Shown piece by piece: positions 56,911-64,000 of a stretch of DNA of 64,000 nucleotides. The position numbers and the translations under genes are program-made. Source of the DNA: an uncultured Kiritimatiellota bacterium (GTDB lineage: Bacteria > Verrucomicrobiota > Kiritimatiellia > RFP12 > UBA1067); the NCBI GenBank assembly GCA_934621385.1, contig CAKTUI010000008.1, positions 2,455-66,454 on the forward strand, in the 5' to 3' direction. Under the pieces are notes generated by a model. That model was given only the letters and a program-made list of their open reading frames with translations, ran no database searches and was not told where the DNA came from. Numbering within the stretch: the stretch's first letter is position 1; every line of letters starts with the position of its first letter.

Positions 56911-58817
56911 TAGCGTTTCTCCAATTCTTTCATTCTGGAAACTACCGCCCCGACGGTTTTTGTCGAGCGACGCAGAACACATTGCGTCGCAACGAGAAAG
57001 TCTCCAACTTCTTCCACATCTGCCGCGACACCGCAACGAAGAGCTATGGTAGCAAAGGCATCCTCCGCGCTCCATTCGCAGTTCATGCACGGAACGACTG
57101 CACCCGATACATCTCTTGCAGGAACAGACGGTGACACAAGGCGAAATCCTGTGCTGGCTCGACGCAAAAACGCCTCAAGCAGAAACTCATTCCAAGCGAA
57201 CCCAGGAACCGCAGGAAAGTCCGCCAGATTGCCAAATGCACCGAAAGGCATTATGCATCCTTCACATATGTCCGAAATTGATTTTTCAATCGACGAAACA
57301 TCAAATGTGATCAGCGCCGGCGAAACAAAACATTCCCGGTCGACACGCACCATTTCTTCATGTGCGGTCTTCAGTGCTAACCACGGTGCAATGTTGTATT
57401 CTTTTGCGACTGTCTCTAGTTGTTCAAGCGACACATCAGGCCTTTCGCGCAAGAATGCATGAAGAGGAATCTGTCCATCTATACTTGCACCTTTTGCACA
57501 TACGATCTGCCCGTGAATGTCGAATTGCTCTGATAAAAAACGCTGGAAGAATGAGCGTCGAAGCGCACTATCCACCAACCTTCGGTCGTTCATGGCTGCG
57601 CTGTCATTGAGACACAATTGAGAAAGGGAGAAAAATCCCTCGGCTTTGATTGCGGTTTCACATTGCGATTTCCCGCGAGAGACCTCCGCATCATCGAATT
57701 CGATCCGTGATACGATGGCATACGAATTCTTACCGTTCCTGACCAAATCGCTCAACCTCCTACACAGACTACGAATAAACGCCATGTCCACATAGGGCAC
57801 TCGCTTAGAAACCACACTTATGTCAATAACAGGACCCCTTTGTGACATGATAATTGAATTAAAGTGCTGAGTAATCGACCCCGCCCACTTGGGCACGAAG
57901 CATTCCCCTTCAATCTGATATGTATCTTGCGCCTCCCGCATAATTGCCTCTCGAAACATTTCGGGAGAGATGATGCCAATTTGCATAAGTTCTTGTCCAT
58001 GGAACTCCATCAGGCGCGAAAACTGAAATATGGAGTATCCTTGTCCGACAAGTCTTTCGATAAGCTTACGCCACCCGCCATCTTTGGATGATGGCCGAGG
58101 AAACACTTTCCCGTCGTGAATAACGCCTATTCTCGGAAAGACAGAATTGAAGTCAAAGTCCTTCGGCAAATCCTCGTCGAAATACTCGTGGTAAAACTTG
58201 CGGATTTTATTACGGTCGATTATCGAACTGGGTCTGACTCCGTTTGGGAACTCCGACTCCAACAATTCAGCAATCTGATTTTCATAGGGGAATTCATTAC
58301 CATCCCAATCGCATCGCCCCGGCATCGCTTCCGTCCTTTCCTCTCCATCGGCCGAATGGGGCGGACATAGGAGACCTTCGCTTTCTTTCGCGTCACTTTT
58401 CTCCGCTGAACGAAAATCTCTGTATGTGACCCGGACATCATCGTTGGACAAATTGCACCACTCAATAAGCTTGAGGGCTCGCAAGAAAGGAGTGCTACCC
58501 GACCCATTCAAGTCGATGTAACAATCCCGATCAATCTGATAAGGGTTGGCCATCCCGTACCGCGTTGTCCGCAACCACCCCAGATCCTTGGTTCTGATGA
58601 GCCGCTGCAATTGCCACCCCTTGAAGGTCCACAGGTGCTTGGCAAGCGAAACGAGGACATCATTCGCAGAGTTCACCGGAACCGTCTTCCCGATGATTTG
58701 CAAAGCGCTCAGTTGCGCCCTTGGGGGCATTTTCTTCACTGCGTCAACCAGTGGGCAGATATAGGATAGGCCTGCTGTTGAACAGCCATTGGATTCCGAA
58801 AACTCACAATCAGGCAT
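56910..58817 (-). CDS. Hypothetical 635-aa protein, first gene of the BREX-like operon
   Basis: An uninterrupted ORF with RBS GGAGGA 10 nt upstream of the ATG. Its stop overlaps the brxP start. I recognise no catalytic or binding motif. Confidence 0.7.
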   Translation of the reverse strand: MPDCEFSESNGCSTAGLSYICPLVDAVKKMPPRAQLSALQIIGKTVPVNSANDVLVSLAKHLWTFKGWQLQRLIRTKDLGWLRTTRYGMANPYQIDRDCYIDLNGSGSTPFLRALKLIEWCNLSNDDVRVTYRDFRSAEKSDAKESEGLLCPPHSADGEERTEAMPGRCDWDGNEFPYENQIAELLESEFPNGVRPSSIIDRNKIRKFYHEYFDEDLPKDFDFNSVFPRIGVIHDGKVFPRPSSKDGGWRKLIERLVGQGYSIFQFSRLMEFHGQELMQIGIISPEMFREAIMREAQDTYQIEGECFVPKWAGSITQHFNSIIMSQRGPVIDISVVSKRVPYVDMAFIRSLCRRLSDLVRNGKNSYAIVSRIEFDDAEVSRGKSQCETAIKAEGFFSLSQLCLNDSAAMNDRRLVDSALRRSFFQRFLSEQFDIHGQIVCAKGASIDGQIPLHAFLRERPDVSLEQLETVAKEYNIAPWLALKTAHEEMVRVDRECFVSPALITFDVSSIEKSISDICEGCIMPFGAFGNLADFPAVPGFAWNEFLLEAFLRRASTGFRLVSPSVPARDVSGAVVPCMNCEWSAEDAFATIALRCGVAADVEEVGDFLVATQCVLRRSTKTVGAVVSRMKELEKR

Positions 58818-58944
58818 ACGCGCACAATCCTCCAGGACTCTTTACGCTACCCTCAGAAATAAACCGCCAAGACCCATCCCCAAGCCAAGGACAGGCCTGC
58901 ACCAAGCAAGCCAAAAGCCTTGATTTTGAGCGTGGGCTGTTACT

Positions 58945-58959
58945 GGGGGGGGGGGGGGG
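58945..58959. repeat. Homopolymer G15 (C15 on the operon strand) in the predicted 5' leader
   Basis: Counted directly. It lies 128 nt upstream of the ATG at 58817. Confidence 0.95.
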
Positions 58960-59057
58960 TATTTTGGGCACACAAGCTCACCAGCGCAAGATTTTGCGCC
59001 GTCACGCCCACAATTGGGCAAGTCGAAACTAAGCCCGACCCCATCATCTCGCCCAAT

Positions 59058-59066
59058 AGTTTACCA
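59058..59066 (-). promoter_or_regulatory. Extended -10-like element TGGTAAACT inside R2 (candidate operon promoter)
   Basis: Plus-strand agtttacca, conserved with R1. The implied leader is ~230 nt. Confidence 0.35.
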
Positions 59067-59323
59067 TAATTCACATCCCCTGTGCTCAACAAACGGCACA
59101 GAAATTGCAAAATAAAGCGAGTCGGCACAAAAGAAAAAGAGAACTGGCGATTCGCAGAAAGTGCCGCGCCTTCACAACGATTGCGCGGCGGTTTTTAAGA
59201 CCCAGAACGAATGGTCATTTCGTGTCCAAAGCGGAAAAGGTTTGCCAAGCAACTTAGAACTTCATTCCATCCCAACTGGAACTCGTGCGAGTTGCAAGTC
59301 CAACTCACAAAAGTTCCGTGTTC

Positions 59324-59418
59324 AAAATCCCCCTGCCTGACTTGCAATTTACCGCTCGCACCCTCTCCCAAGAAGAGGGTGCAGGCAGGGGCGCGGCGGA
59401 CGCAAACCGCCGCGCCCC
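59324..59418 (-). terminator. Nested GC-rich hairpins downstream of trpA, the outer one followed by a T run
   Basis: Hairpin 1 is GGGGCGCGGCGG/CCGCCGCGCCCC (59388-59418). Hairpin 2 is CACCCTCT/AGAGGGTG (59359-59381). The outer pair is CCCCTGCCTG/CAGGCAGGGG, followed by ATTTTG on the minus strand. Confidence 0.5.
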
Positions 59419-59427
59419 TTGGTTGGC

Positions 59428-60186
59428 TTAGTGTTTCGCCGCGAGGAAACGCTCGACCAGTGCACTGCCGATGACGAATCCGTCGCAGTGCGCGGCAATT
59501 TTCGCGCCCTCCTCCGGCGTGCGGATGCCGAATCCGGCCACGACAGGCACACGCGTCAGCGACTTAATTTCAGCCAACCGTGCAGCCAGTTCGGGCGGCA
59601 GATGCGCCCGCTGTCCTGTCACACCCTTCACTGTCACCGCATAGAGGAACGAGTCCTCCATTCCCTCGGCACTCGCCCGAATGCGTTCCGCACCCGTTGT
59701 TGGGGACAGGAGCGGCACAAGCGTCAGGCCCTGCGGACGCAACACGTCCAGCAATTCGCCGCGCTCCTCCAGCGGGAGGTCGACGACCAGCACGGCATCC
59801 ACGCCCACGCGGGCCGCTTCTGCCGCGAAGCGTTCAATTCCGTACTTGTAGATGGGGTTGTAGTAGGAGAAAATCACGAGCGGCGTATCGGGATGCCGCG
59901 CCCGGAGCGGCGGAATGCTCGCCAAGACATCCGCCAGCGTGACCCCATTCGCCAGTGCCAGATTCGCCGCCTTGCGAATGACGGCACCATCTGCCACCGG
60001 GTCTGAGAACGGAACGCCCAATTCGAGGATGTCCGCCCCTTCCGCAAGGAGCGTTTCCGCTGCGGCAAAACTGTCCGCCAGCGTCGGAGCCCCCATCGTG
60101 AGATAGGCGACGAACGCGCCGCGTCCTTCGGCATGGGTCTTTGCAAAGAGTTTCTGAATCCTGTTCATATCCGTTTGTCCTTTCAA
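59428..60186 (-). CDS. trpA: Tryptophan synthase alpha chain
   Basis: 252 aa with typical TrpA motifs (ELGVPFSDPVADG, GFGI). Confidence 0.9.
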   Translation of the reverse strand: MKGQTDMNRIQKLFAKTHAEGRGAFVAYLTMGAPTLADSFAAAETLLAEGADILELGVPFSDPVADGAVIRKAANLALANGVTLADVLASIPPLRARHPDTPLVIFSYYNPIYKYGIERFAAEAARVGVDAVLVVDLPLEERGELLDVLRPQGLTLVPLLSPTTGAERIRASAEGMEDSFLYAVTVKGVTGQRAHLPPELAARLAEIKSLTRVPVVAGFGIRTPEEGAKIAAHCDGFVIGSALVERFLAAKH

Positions 60187-60189
60187 TCC

Positions 60190-61383
60190 TTAGTTCTGAG
60201 AGGCTTCCTGTGCCCGACGCTGCTTGTAGGCCTGAATGCTGTGGAGATCCTTATCGCCGCGCCCGGAGAGGTTGACGAGCAGAATCGCGTCCTTCGGCAG
60301 TTTAGGTGCGCGCTTGATGGCCTCGGCCAGGGCGTGGCTCGACTCAAGTGCCGGGATGATGCCCTCGAATCGGCAGAGCGCATCGAACGCGGCAACAGCC
60401 TCATCATCGCAAACGACCGTGTACTCGGCGCGTTTTGTGTCGGCGAAATAGGCGTGCTCGGGCCCGACACCCGGATAGTCCAGTCCGGCCGAAATGGAGT
60501 AGGTATCGATAATCTGCCCCGAGGGTGTCTGCAGGAGATAGGTCTTCGAGCCGTGCAGCACACCGACCGTTCCGCCGTTGATGGAGGCCGCGTGCTGGCC
60601 GGTGGCAAGGCCCCTTCCGCCCGCCTCCACGCCCACGAGCCGGACGGATGGGTCATCGACGAAGCCTGCGAACAGTCCCATGGCGTTCGAACCGCCACCC
60701 ACGCAAGCGATTGCCTGGTCGGGCAAGCGACCGAATCGCTCGATGCACTGCCGCCGCGCCTCCTTGCCGATGACGCTCTGGAAGTCGCGCACCATGGCCG
60801 GGTAGGGATGCGGACCGGCCACCGTGCCAATGACATAGAAGGTGTCGTCGCAGTTCGCCGCCCAGTCCCGAAGGGCCTCGTTCATCGCATCCTTCAGCGT
60901 GGCACTGCCTTCCGAAACAGCGTGGACCTTCGCGCCCAGCATCCGCATACGGTCGACATTCGGAGCCTGTCGCTCAACGTCAATCGCACCCATAAAGACC
61001 TCGCACTCCATGCCGAACAGCGCAGCGACGGTGGCTGTTGCCACACCGTGCATGCCCGCACCCGTCTCGGCAATGAGACGCTTCTTGCCCATCCGCCGCG
61101 CCAGAAGGGCCTGTCCAATCGTGTTGTTGACCTTGTGCGCACCAGTGTGGTTCAGGTCCTCGCGCTTGAGGAGAATCCGCGCTCCGCCGAGATGGTCCGA
61201 AAGTCGCTTCGCCTCTGTCAGCGGACTCTCGCGTCCGACATAGTTCTTCAGGATGTCCGCAAACTCCTGCTGGAAGGCGGGGTCGCGCTTCGCATCCTCA
61301 TAGGCCGCCTCCAGTTCGTTGATGGGGGTCATGAGTGTTTCGGCGATGTACTTTCCGCCGTAGATACCGTAGTGTCCGTTCAT
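60190..61383 (-). CDS. trpB: Tryptophan synthase beta chain
   Basis: 397 aa with [16 protein letters not shown] (PLP lysine) and GGGSNAMG. Confidence 0.95.
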   Translation of the reverse strand: MNGHYGIYGGKYIAETLMTPINELEAAYEDAKRDPAFQQEFADILKNYVGRESPLTEAKRLSDHLGGARILLKREDLNHTGAHKVNNTIGQALLARRMGKKRLIAETGAGMHGVATATVAALFGMECEVFMGAIDVERQAPNVDRMRMLGAKVHAVSEGSATLKDAMNEALRDWAANCDDTFYVIGTVAGPHPYPAMVRDFQSVIGKEARRQCIERFGRLPDQAIACVGGGSNAMGLFAGFVDDPSVRLVGVEAGGRGLATGQHAASINGGTVGVLHGSKTYLLQTPSGQIIDTYSISAGLDYPGVGPEHAYFADTKRAEYTVVCDDEAVAAFDALCRFEGIIPALESSHALAEAIKRAPKLPKDAILLVNLSGRGDKDLHSIQAYKQRRAQEASQN

Positions 61384-61419
61384 TGAATGTTTCCTTTCAA
61401 ATTGAATGATTGTCTTGAG

Positions 61420-62193
61420 TCAGAGGAGTTCCCGGAGTTTCGCCGCCGGGCGTTCGGCCCGCATGAGCGTCGTTCCAATCAGGAAACCGTCGGCACCCGC
61501 CGCCTGCAACCGCGCCATATCGTCCGCCGTGCGAATGCCACTCTCGGCAATGCGCGTACGATCGGACGGAATGCGCCCAATCAGTTCCGCCGAGATGGTC
61601 GGGTCTGTGTGAAACGTGCGGAGATCGCGGCAGTTCACGCCAATCACCTCGCACCCGAGACTGACTGCGCGGTCAATCTCCTCCGCCGTGTGCGTCTCGA
61701 CGAGTGCCGCAAGCCCGAATTCGTGGGCCAGGTTCCGCAGTTCGCGAAGCTGGGCATCGGGCAGGACGGCCGCAATCAAGAGGATGGCATCCGCGCCCAT
61801 GGTCCGGGCCGCCGCAACCTGATACGACGTGGTGATGAAGTCCTTGCACAACAGGGGGACATCCACCGCACCGCGCACGGCGGACAGGTAGGCACGACTC
61901 CCGAGAAAGCGATGGGGTTCGCAGAGGACGGACAATGCCGCCGCACCAGCATCCACCAGTTCACGTGCAAGTTCCACCGGGTGGAAGTCTGGTCGAATCA
62001 GCCCCTCCGAGGGGGATGCCTTTTTCAGTTCTGCCAGAATGTGCCGTTCGCGCCCCCGAAAGGCCGCACGGAAATCACGCGTCGCGGACATCTGCCCAAT
62101 GCGCCGGACGAGTTCCGAAAAGGGCACGGCCTTCTCGGCCTCCATCGCATCGGCGCGGCGCGCCGCACTCAGTTCCTCAAGTATGTCGCTCAT
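61420..62193 (-). CDS. trpC: Indole-3-glycerol-phosphate synthase
   Basis: 257 aa with ILAELKKASPSEG and the KDFI motif. Confidence 0.9.
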   Translation of the reverse strand: MSDILEELSAARRADAMEAEKAVPFSELVRRIGQMSATRDFRAAFRGRERHILAELKKASPSEGLIRPDFHPVELARELVDAGAAALSVLCEPHRFLGSRAYLSAVRGAVDVPLLCKDFITTSYQVAAARTMGADAILLIAAVLPDAQLRELRNLAHEFGLAALVETHTAEEIDRAVSLGCEVIGVNCRDLRTFHTDPTISAELIGRIPSDRTRIAESGIRTADDMARLQAAGADGFLIGTTLMRAERPAAKLRELL

Positions 62194-63737
62194 TTGACCT
62201 CCAGCATCTTGCGCAATTTGGCGAAGGCGCGTCCCGAATCAACGGAGTCGACAGCCCGCGCCAGCGCCTCCTCGTAAGTCGATGCAAGACCGCCGACGAG
62301 AATGGCGGCTGCCGCGTTCTCTATTGCGGCCGCACGATAAGCGCCGCGCTCAGTCCCGGCAAGGACATCCATCAGGATGCGGGCGTTCGTCTTCGCATCA
62401 CCACCGGCAATCGCCTGAATCGGGTAGTGCGTTCCATAGACCGCGCCTGCATCCAGCAGCGTTGAGGCGACCTTGCCGTGCGCCAGCGAGGAGACGAACG
62501 TCATGCCCGTTGGCGAAATCTCGTCGAGTCCACCCTCTCCACCCGAGACGACAAGCGCCCTCACGCTTCCGAGGATGCGGAGCGCCTCGGCCATGACAGG
62601 CGTCAGCTTCGGGTCGTAGACCCCGACGACCTGTCGCCGCGCACCGGCCGGATTCGTCAGCGGCCCGAGCTGGTTGAAGATTGTGCGGAAGCCAAGAGCC
62701 TTTCGGACAGGCGCGGCAAACCGCATCGCCGGATGGAGGTTGCGGGCAAAAAGGAAACCGACACCCACCTCGCGAATGCACCGCGACACGCGCTCGGGCG
62801 TTGCCGTGAGATCGTAGCCAAGCGCGGCGAGAACATCTGCCGCGCCGCACTTCGATGTCGCGGCAACATTCCCGTGCTTGGCGACCACGACACCCGCACC
62901 TGCCGCAATGAAGGCCGCCGTCGTTGAGACATTGAACGTCCCCAGCCCATCGCCACCCGTACCAACGATGTCCACCGCGTCAATTCCACCGAGGTCGATG
63001 TGAACGCCGGCATCGCGCATCGCCCGCGCCGCACCTGCCAGTTCGTCGGCCGTCGGAGTCGTGCCTCGCGCCTTGGTCAGCATCTCCGAAAGTTCCCGCT
63101 CCGAGACGCGGCCTTCCATAATCGCCGCGAACGTGCGGTGGGCGTTCAGCTCCTCCAGTGTCGCCCGATGGTTTCCAAGCCCGAGGAAGTTCCTCAACTG
63201 GGCCAATCCCTCAGGTGTTCCAATACTTTCCGGGTGATACTGGACGGACTCGATGGGAAGCGTACGATGCCGAAGCCCCATGATTTCCCCGTCCTCAGAG
63301 ACGGCACTCATCTCTAAGCAGTCGGGCAACGACGCACGGTCGACGGCCAGCGAATGGTAGCGCATCGCCTCGAAGTCCTGCGGCAGGCCCGCGAAGATGC
63401 CCTTCCCATCGTGATGGATGCGGCTCGTCTTGCCGTGCATCAGGCGTTTGGCCGGGACAATGCGTCCACCGAACGCCTGGGCAATGGACTGGTGACCGAG
63501 GCAGATGCCCAGCAGGGGAACCTTTCCGGCAAACGCCTTCACCGCCGCCAGCGTCACACCAGCCGAGTCGGGATTCCCCGGCCCAGGAGAGAAGACAATT
63601 GCATCGGGTCTTTTTGCCGCGATGCCGTCAACATCGATTTCGTCGTTCTTGATGACCTCCATCTCCGCACCCAGCGCACGCATTTCCTGCACAAGGTTGT
63701 AGGTGAAGGAGTCGTAGTTGTCAATCATCAGAATCAT
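62190..63737 (-). CDS. trpGD: Bifunctional anthranilate synthase component II / anthranilate phosphoribosyltransferase
   Basis: N-terminal GATase (MILMIDNYDSFTYNL, GICLGHQ) fused to TrpD (GTGGDG, HGN). Confidence 0.9.
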   Translation of the reverse strand: MILMIDNYDSFTYNLVQEMRALGAEMEVIKNDEIDVDGIAAKRPDAIVFSPGPGNPDSAGVTLAAVKAFAGKVPLLGICLGHQSIAQAFGGRIVPAKRLMHGKTSRIHHDGKGIFAGLPQDFEAMRYHSLAVDRASLPDCLEMSAVSEDGEIMGLRHRTLPIESVQYHPESIGTPEGLAQLRNFLGLGNHRATLEELNAHRTFAAIMEGRVSERELSEMLTKARGTTPTADELAGAARAMRDAGVHIDLGGIDAVDIVGTGGDGLGTFNVSTTAAFIAAGAGVVVAKHGNVAATSKCGAADVLAALGYDLTATPERVSRCIREVGVGFLFARNLHPAMRFAAPVRKALGFRTIFNQLGPLTNPAGARRQVVGVYDPKLTPVMAEALRILGSVRALVVSGGEGGLDEISPTGMTFVSSLAHGKVASTLLDAGAVYGTHYPIQAIAGGDAKTNARILMDVLAGTERGAYRAAAIENAAAAILVGGLASTYEEALARAVDSVDSGRAFAKLRKMLEVK

Positions 63738-63760
63738 GGACTTCTTTCCTTTCTTCTCTC

Positions 63761-64000
63761 TCAGAGTGTCGCCGCAAACCGCGCCGCCTCGAAAATGGCC
63801 TTCGACTTGTTCAGCGTCTCGCGATATTCCTTGACGGGATCCGAATCCGCAACGATTCCCGCACCTGCCCGCATCTCAAGGCGATTTCCCTCAAGGAACA
63901 TCGTGCGGATGACGATGGCGAAGTTCATGTCGCCCGTGTAGCTGAAGTAACCGGCAGCCCCACCGTAAATGCCGCGAGGCGACTTCTCAAGCCCGGCCAG
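63761..64000 (-). CDS. trpE: Anthranilate synthase component I, C-terminal 79 codons (5' part off the window)
   Basis: My translation of the minus strand is LAGLEKSPRGIYGGAAGYFSYTGDMNFAIVIRTMFLEGNRLEMRAGAGIVADSDPVKEYRETLNKSKAIFEAARFAATL*. Not in the ORF track because no start lies within the window. Confidence 0.85.
   Translation of the reverse strand: MAGLEKSPRGIYGGAAGYFSYTGDMNFAIVIRTMFLEGNRLEMRAGAGIVADSDPVKEYRETLNKSKAIFEAARFAATL

Larger units (their letters stand above)
42520..59325. other. Low-GC genomic island (Fic gene plus ten-gene BREX-like operon plus R2 leader module); no integrase or transposase
   Basis: Sampled 60-nt lines give 27-55% G+C inside the island versus 58-65% in mnmE and trpB. 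The right edge abuts the trpA terminator. The left edge lies between the Fic stop (42577) and the antiporter start (42387) and is approximate. Confidence 0.7.
58912..59325 (-). repeat. Repeat module R2: promoter-leader cassette upstream of the BREX-like operon
   Basis: See R1. It begins directly after the trpA terminator structures and ends ~95 nt upstream of the ATG at 58817. Confidence 0.75.

Noticed and set aside
58898-58913. A sigma-54-like element TGGCTTGcttgGTGCA, 81 nt upstream of the 635-aa gene.
   Set aside because: The GG/GC spacing is correct, but the -24 box is degenerate (TGGCTT) and the conserved TGGTAAACT element offers a simpler promoter. I keep it only as a note, not as a feature.
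58940-59128. A conserved small peptide (MGSGLV..CP..GV.AQNLAL..LCA.NTPPPP) encoded in both R1 (38011-38220) and R2.
   Set aside because: Comparing the two copies codon by codon, I count about 8 non-synonymous and 4 synonymous differences. That is close to neutral expectation, so the similarity is better explained by nucleotide-level conservation of a non-coding leader.
58912-59325. R1/R2 as duplicated tRNA- or tmRNA-derived att sites of an integrated element spanning 38-59 kb.
   Set aside because: I found no cloverleaf, T-arm (GGTTCGAnnCC) or tmRNA-like ends and no integrase. The copies are only ~80% identical, and the housekeeping genes mnmE and the antiporter lie between them.
1-64000. CRISPR arrays, rRNA or tRNA genes, IS elements or transposases anywhere in the window.
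   Set aside because: Reading the intergenic regions (9.4-9.9, 10.9-11.5, 19.4-20.1, 31.9-32.7, 37.0-38.7, 42.4-42.6, 43.5-43.7 and 58.8-59.4 kb), I found no regularly spaced short repeats, no cloverleaf-compatible sequences and no DDE or serine/tyrosine recombinase-like ORFs.

Overview
High-GC bacterial chromosomal segment: hand counts on sampled 60-nt lines give about 58-65% G+C in core genes. Almost every supported gene lies on the minus strand. The many prepilin-type (FTL[IV]E[LM]) pseudopilins and an autotransporter-associated beta-strand-repeat protein suggest a PVC-group host (Lentisphaerota, Kiritimatiellota or Verrucomicrobiota-like). That taxonomic call is inference only.

Core content:
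- GT2 and GT17 glycosyltransferases, an MsbA-like ABC exporter, nadE, a hexose-phosphate epimerase and a HAD nucleotidase.
- exbB-exbD-tonB.
- A glycoside-hydrolase operon (regulator, beta-helix protein, GH5, GH2) under a GntR/LacI-hybrid regulator.
- A gspF plus eight-pseudopilin T2SS-like operon.
- panD, a phytase-like outer-membrane protein, an M28 peptidase, parB and mnmE.
- A cation/proton antiporter fused to a PTS EIIA domain.
- trpE (partial)-trpGD-trpC-trpB-trpA.

Accessory content:
1. A 1.6-kb RhuM islet lies at the 3' end of the GH2 gene, bracketed by ~134-bp imperfect direct repeats of that gene's end.
2. hipB is followed by a 19-codon hipA stub that abuts an AT-rich 181-codon ORF.
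3. A ~16.8-kb low-GC island spans about 42.5-59.3 kb. Its body is a ten-gene, translationally coupled operon:
   - an unknown 635-aa gene;
   - brxP (PAPS-reductase/PP-loop), brxC, pglZ and a short brxL, which is a type-4-like BREX core with no methyltransferase;
   - four very AT-rich small ORFs;
   - a DndA/SspA-like cysteine desulfurase.

   A Fic-family gene follows.

The operon is preceded by a ~410-bp promoter-leader module carrying a G15 homopolymer. A diverged copy of that module carrying G13 lies 20 kb away, and weaker copies lie at two other junctions.

I found no rRNA, tRNA, CRISPR array, transposase or integrase. All family assignments come from motif recognition by eye; no database search was possible.
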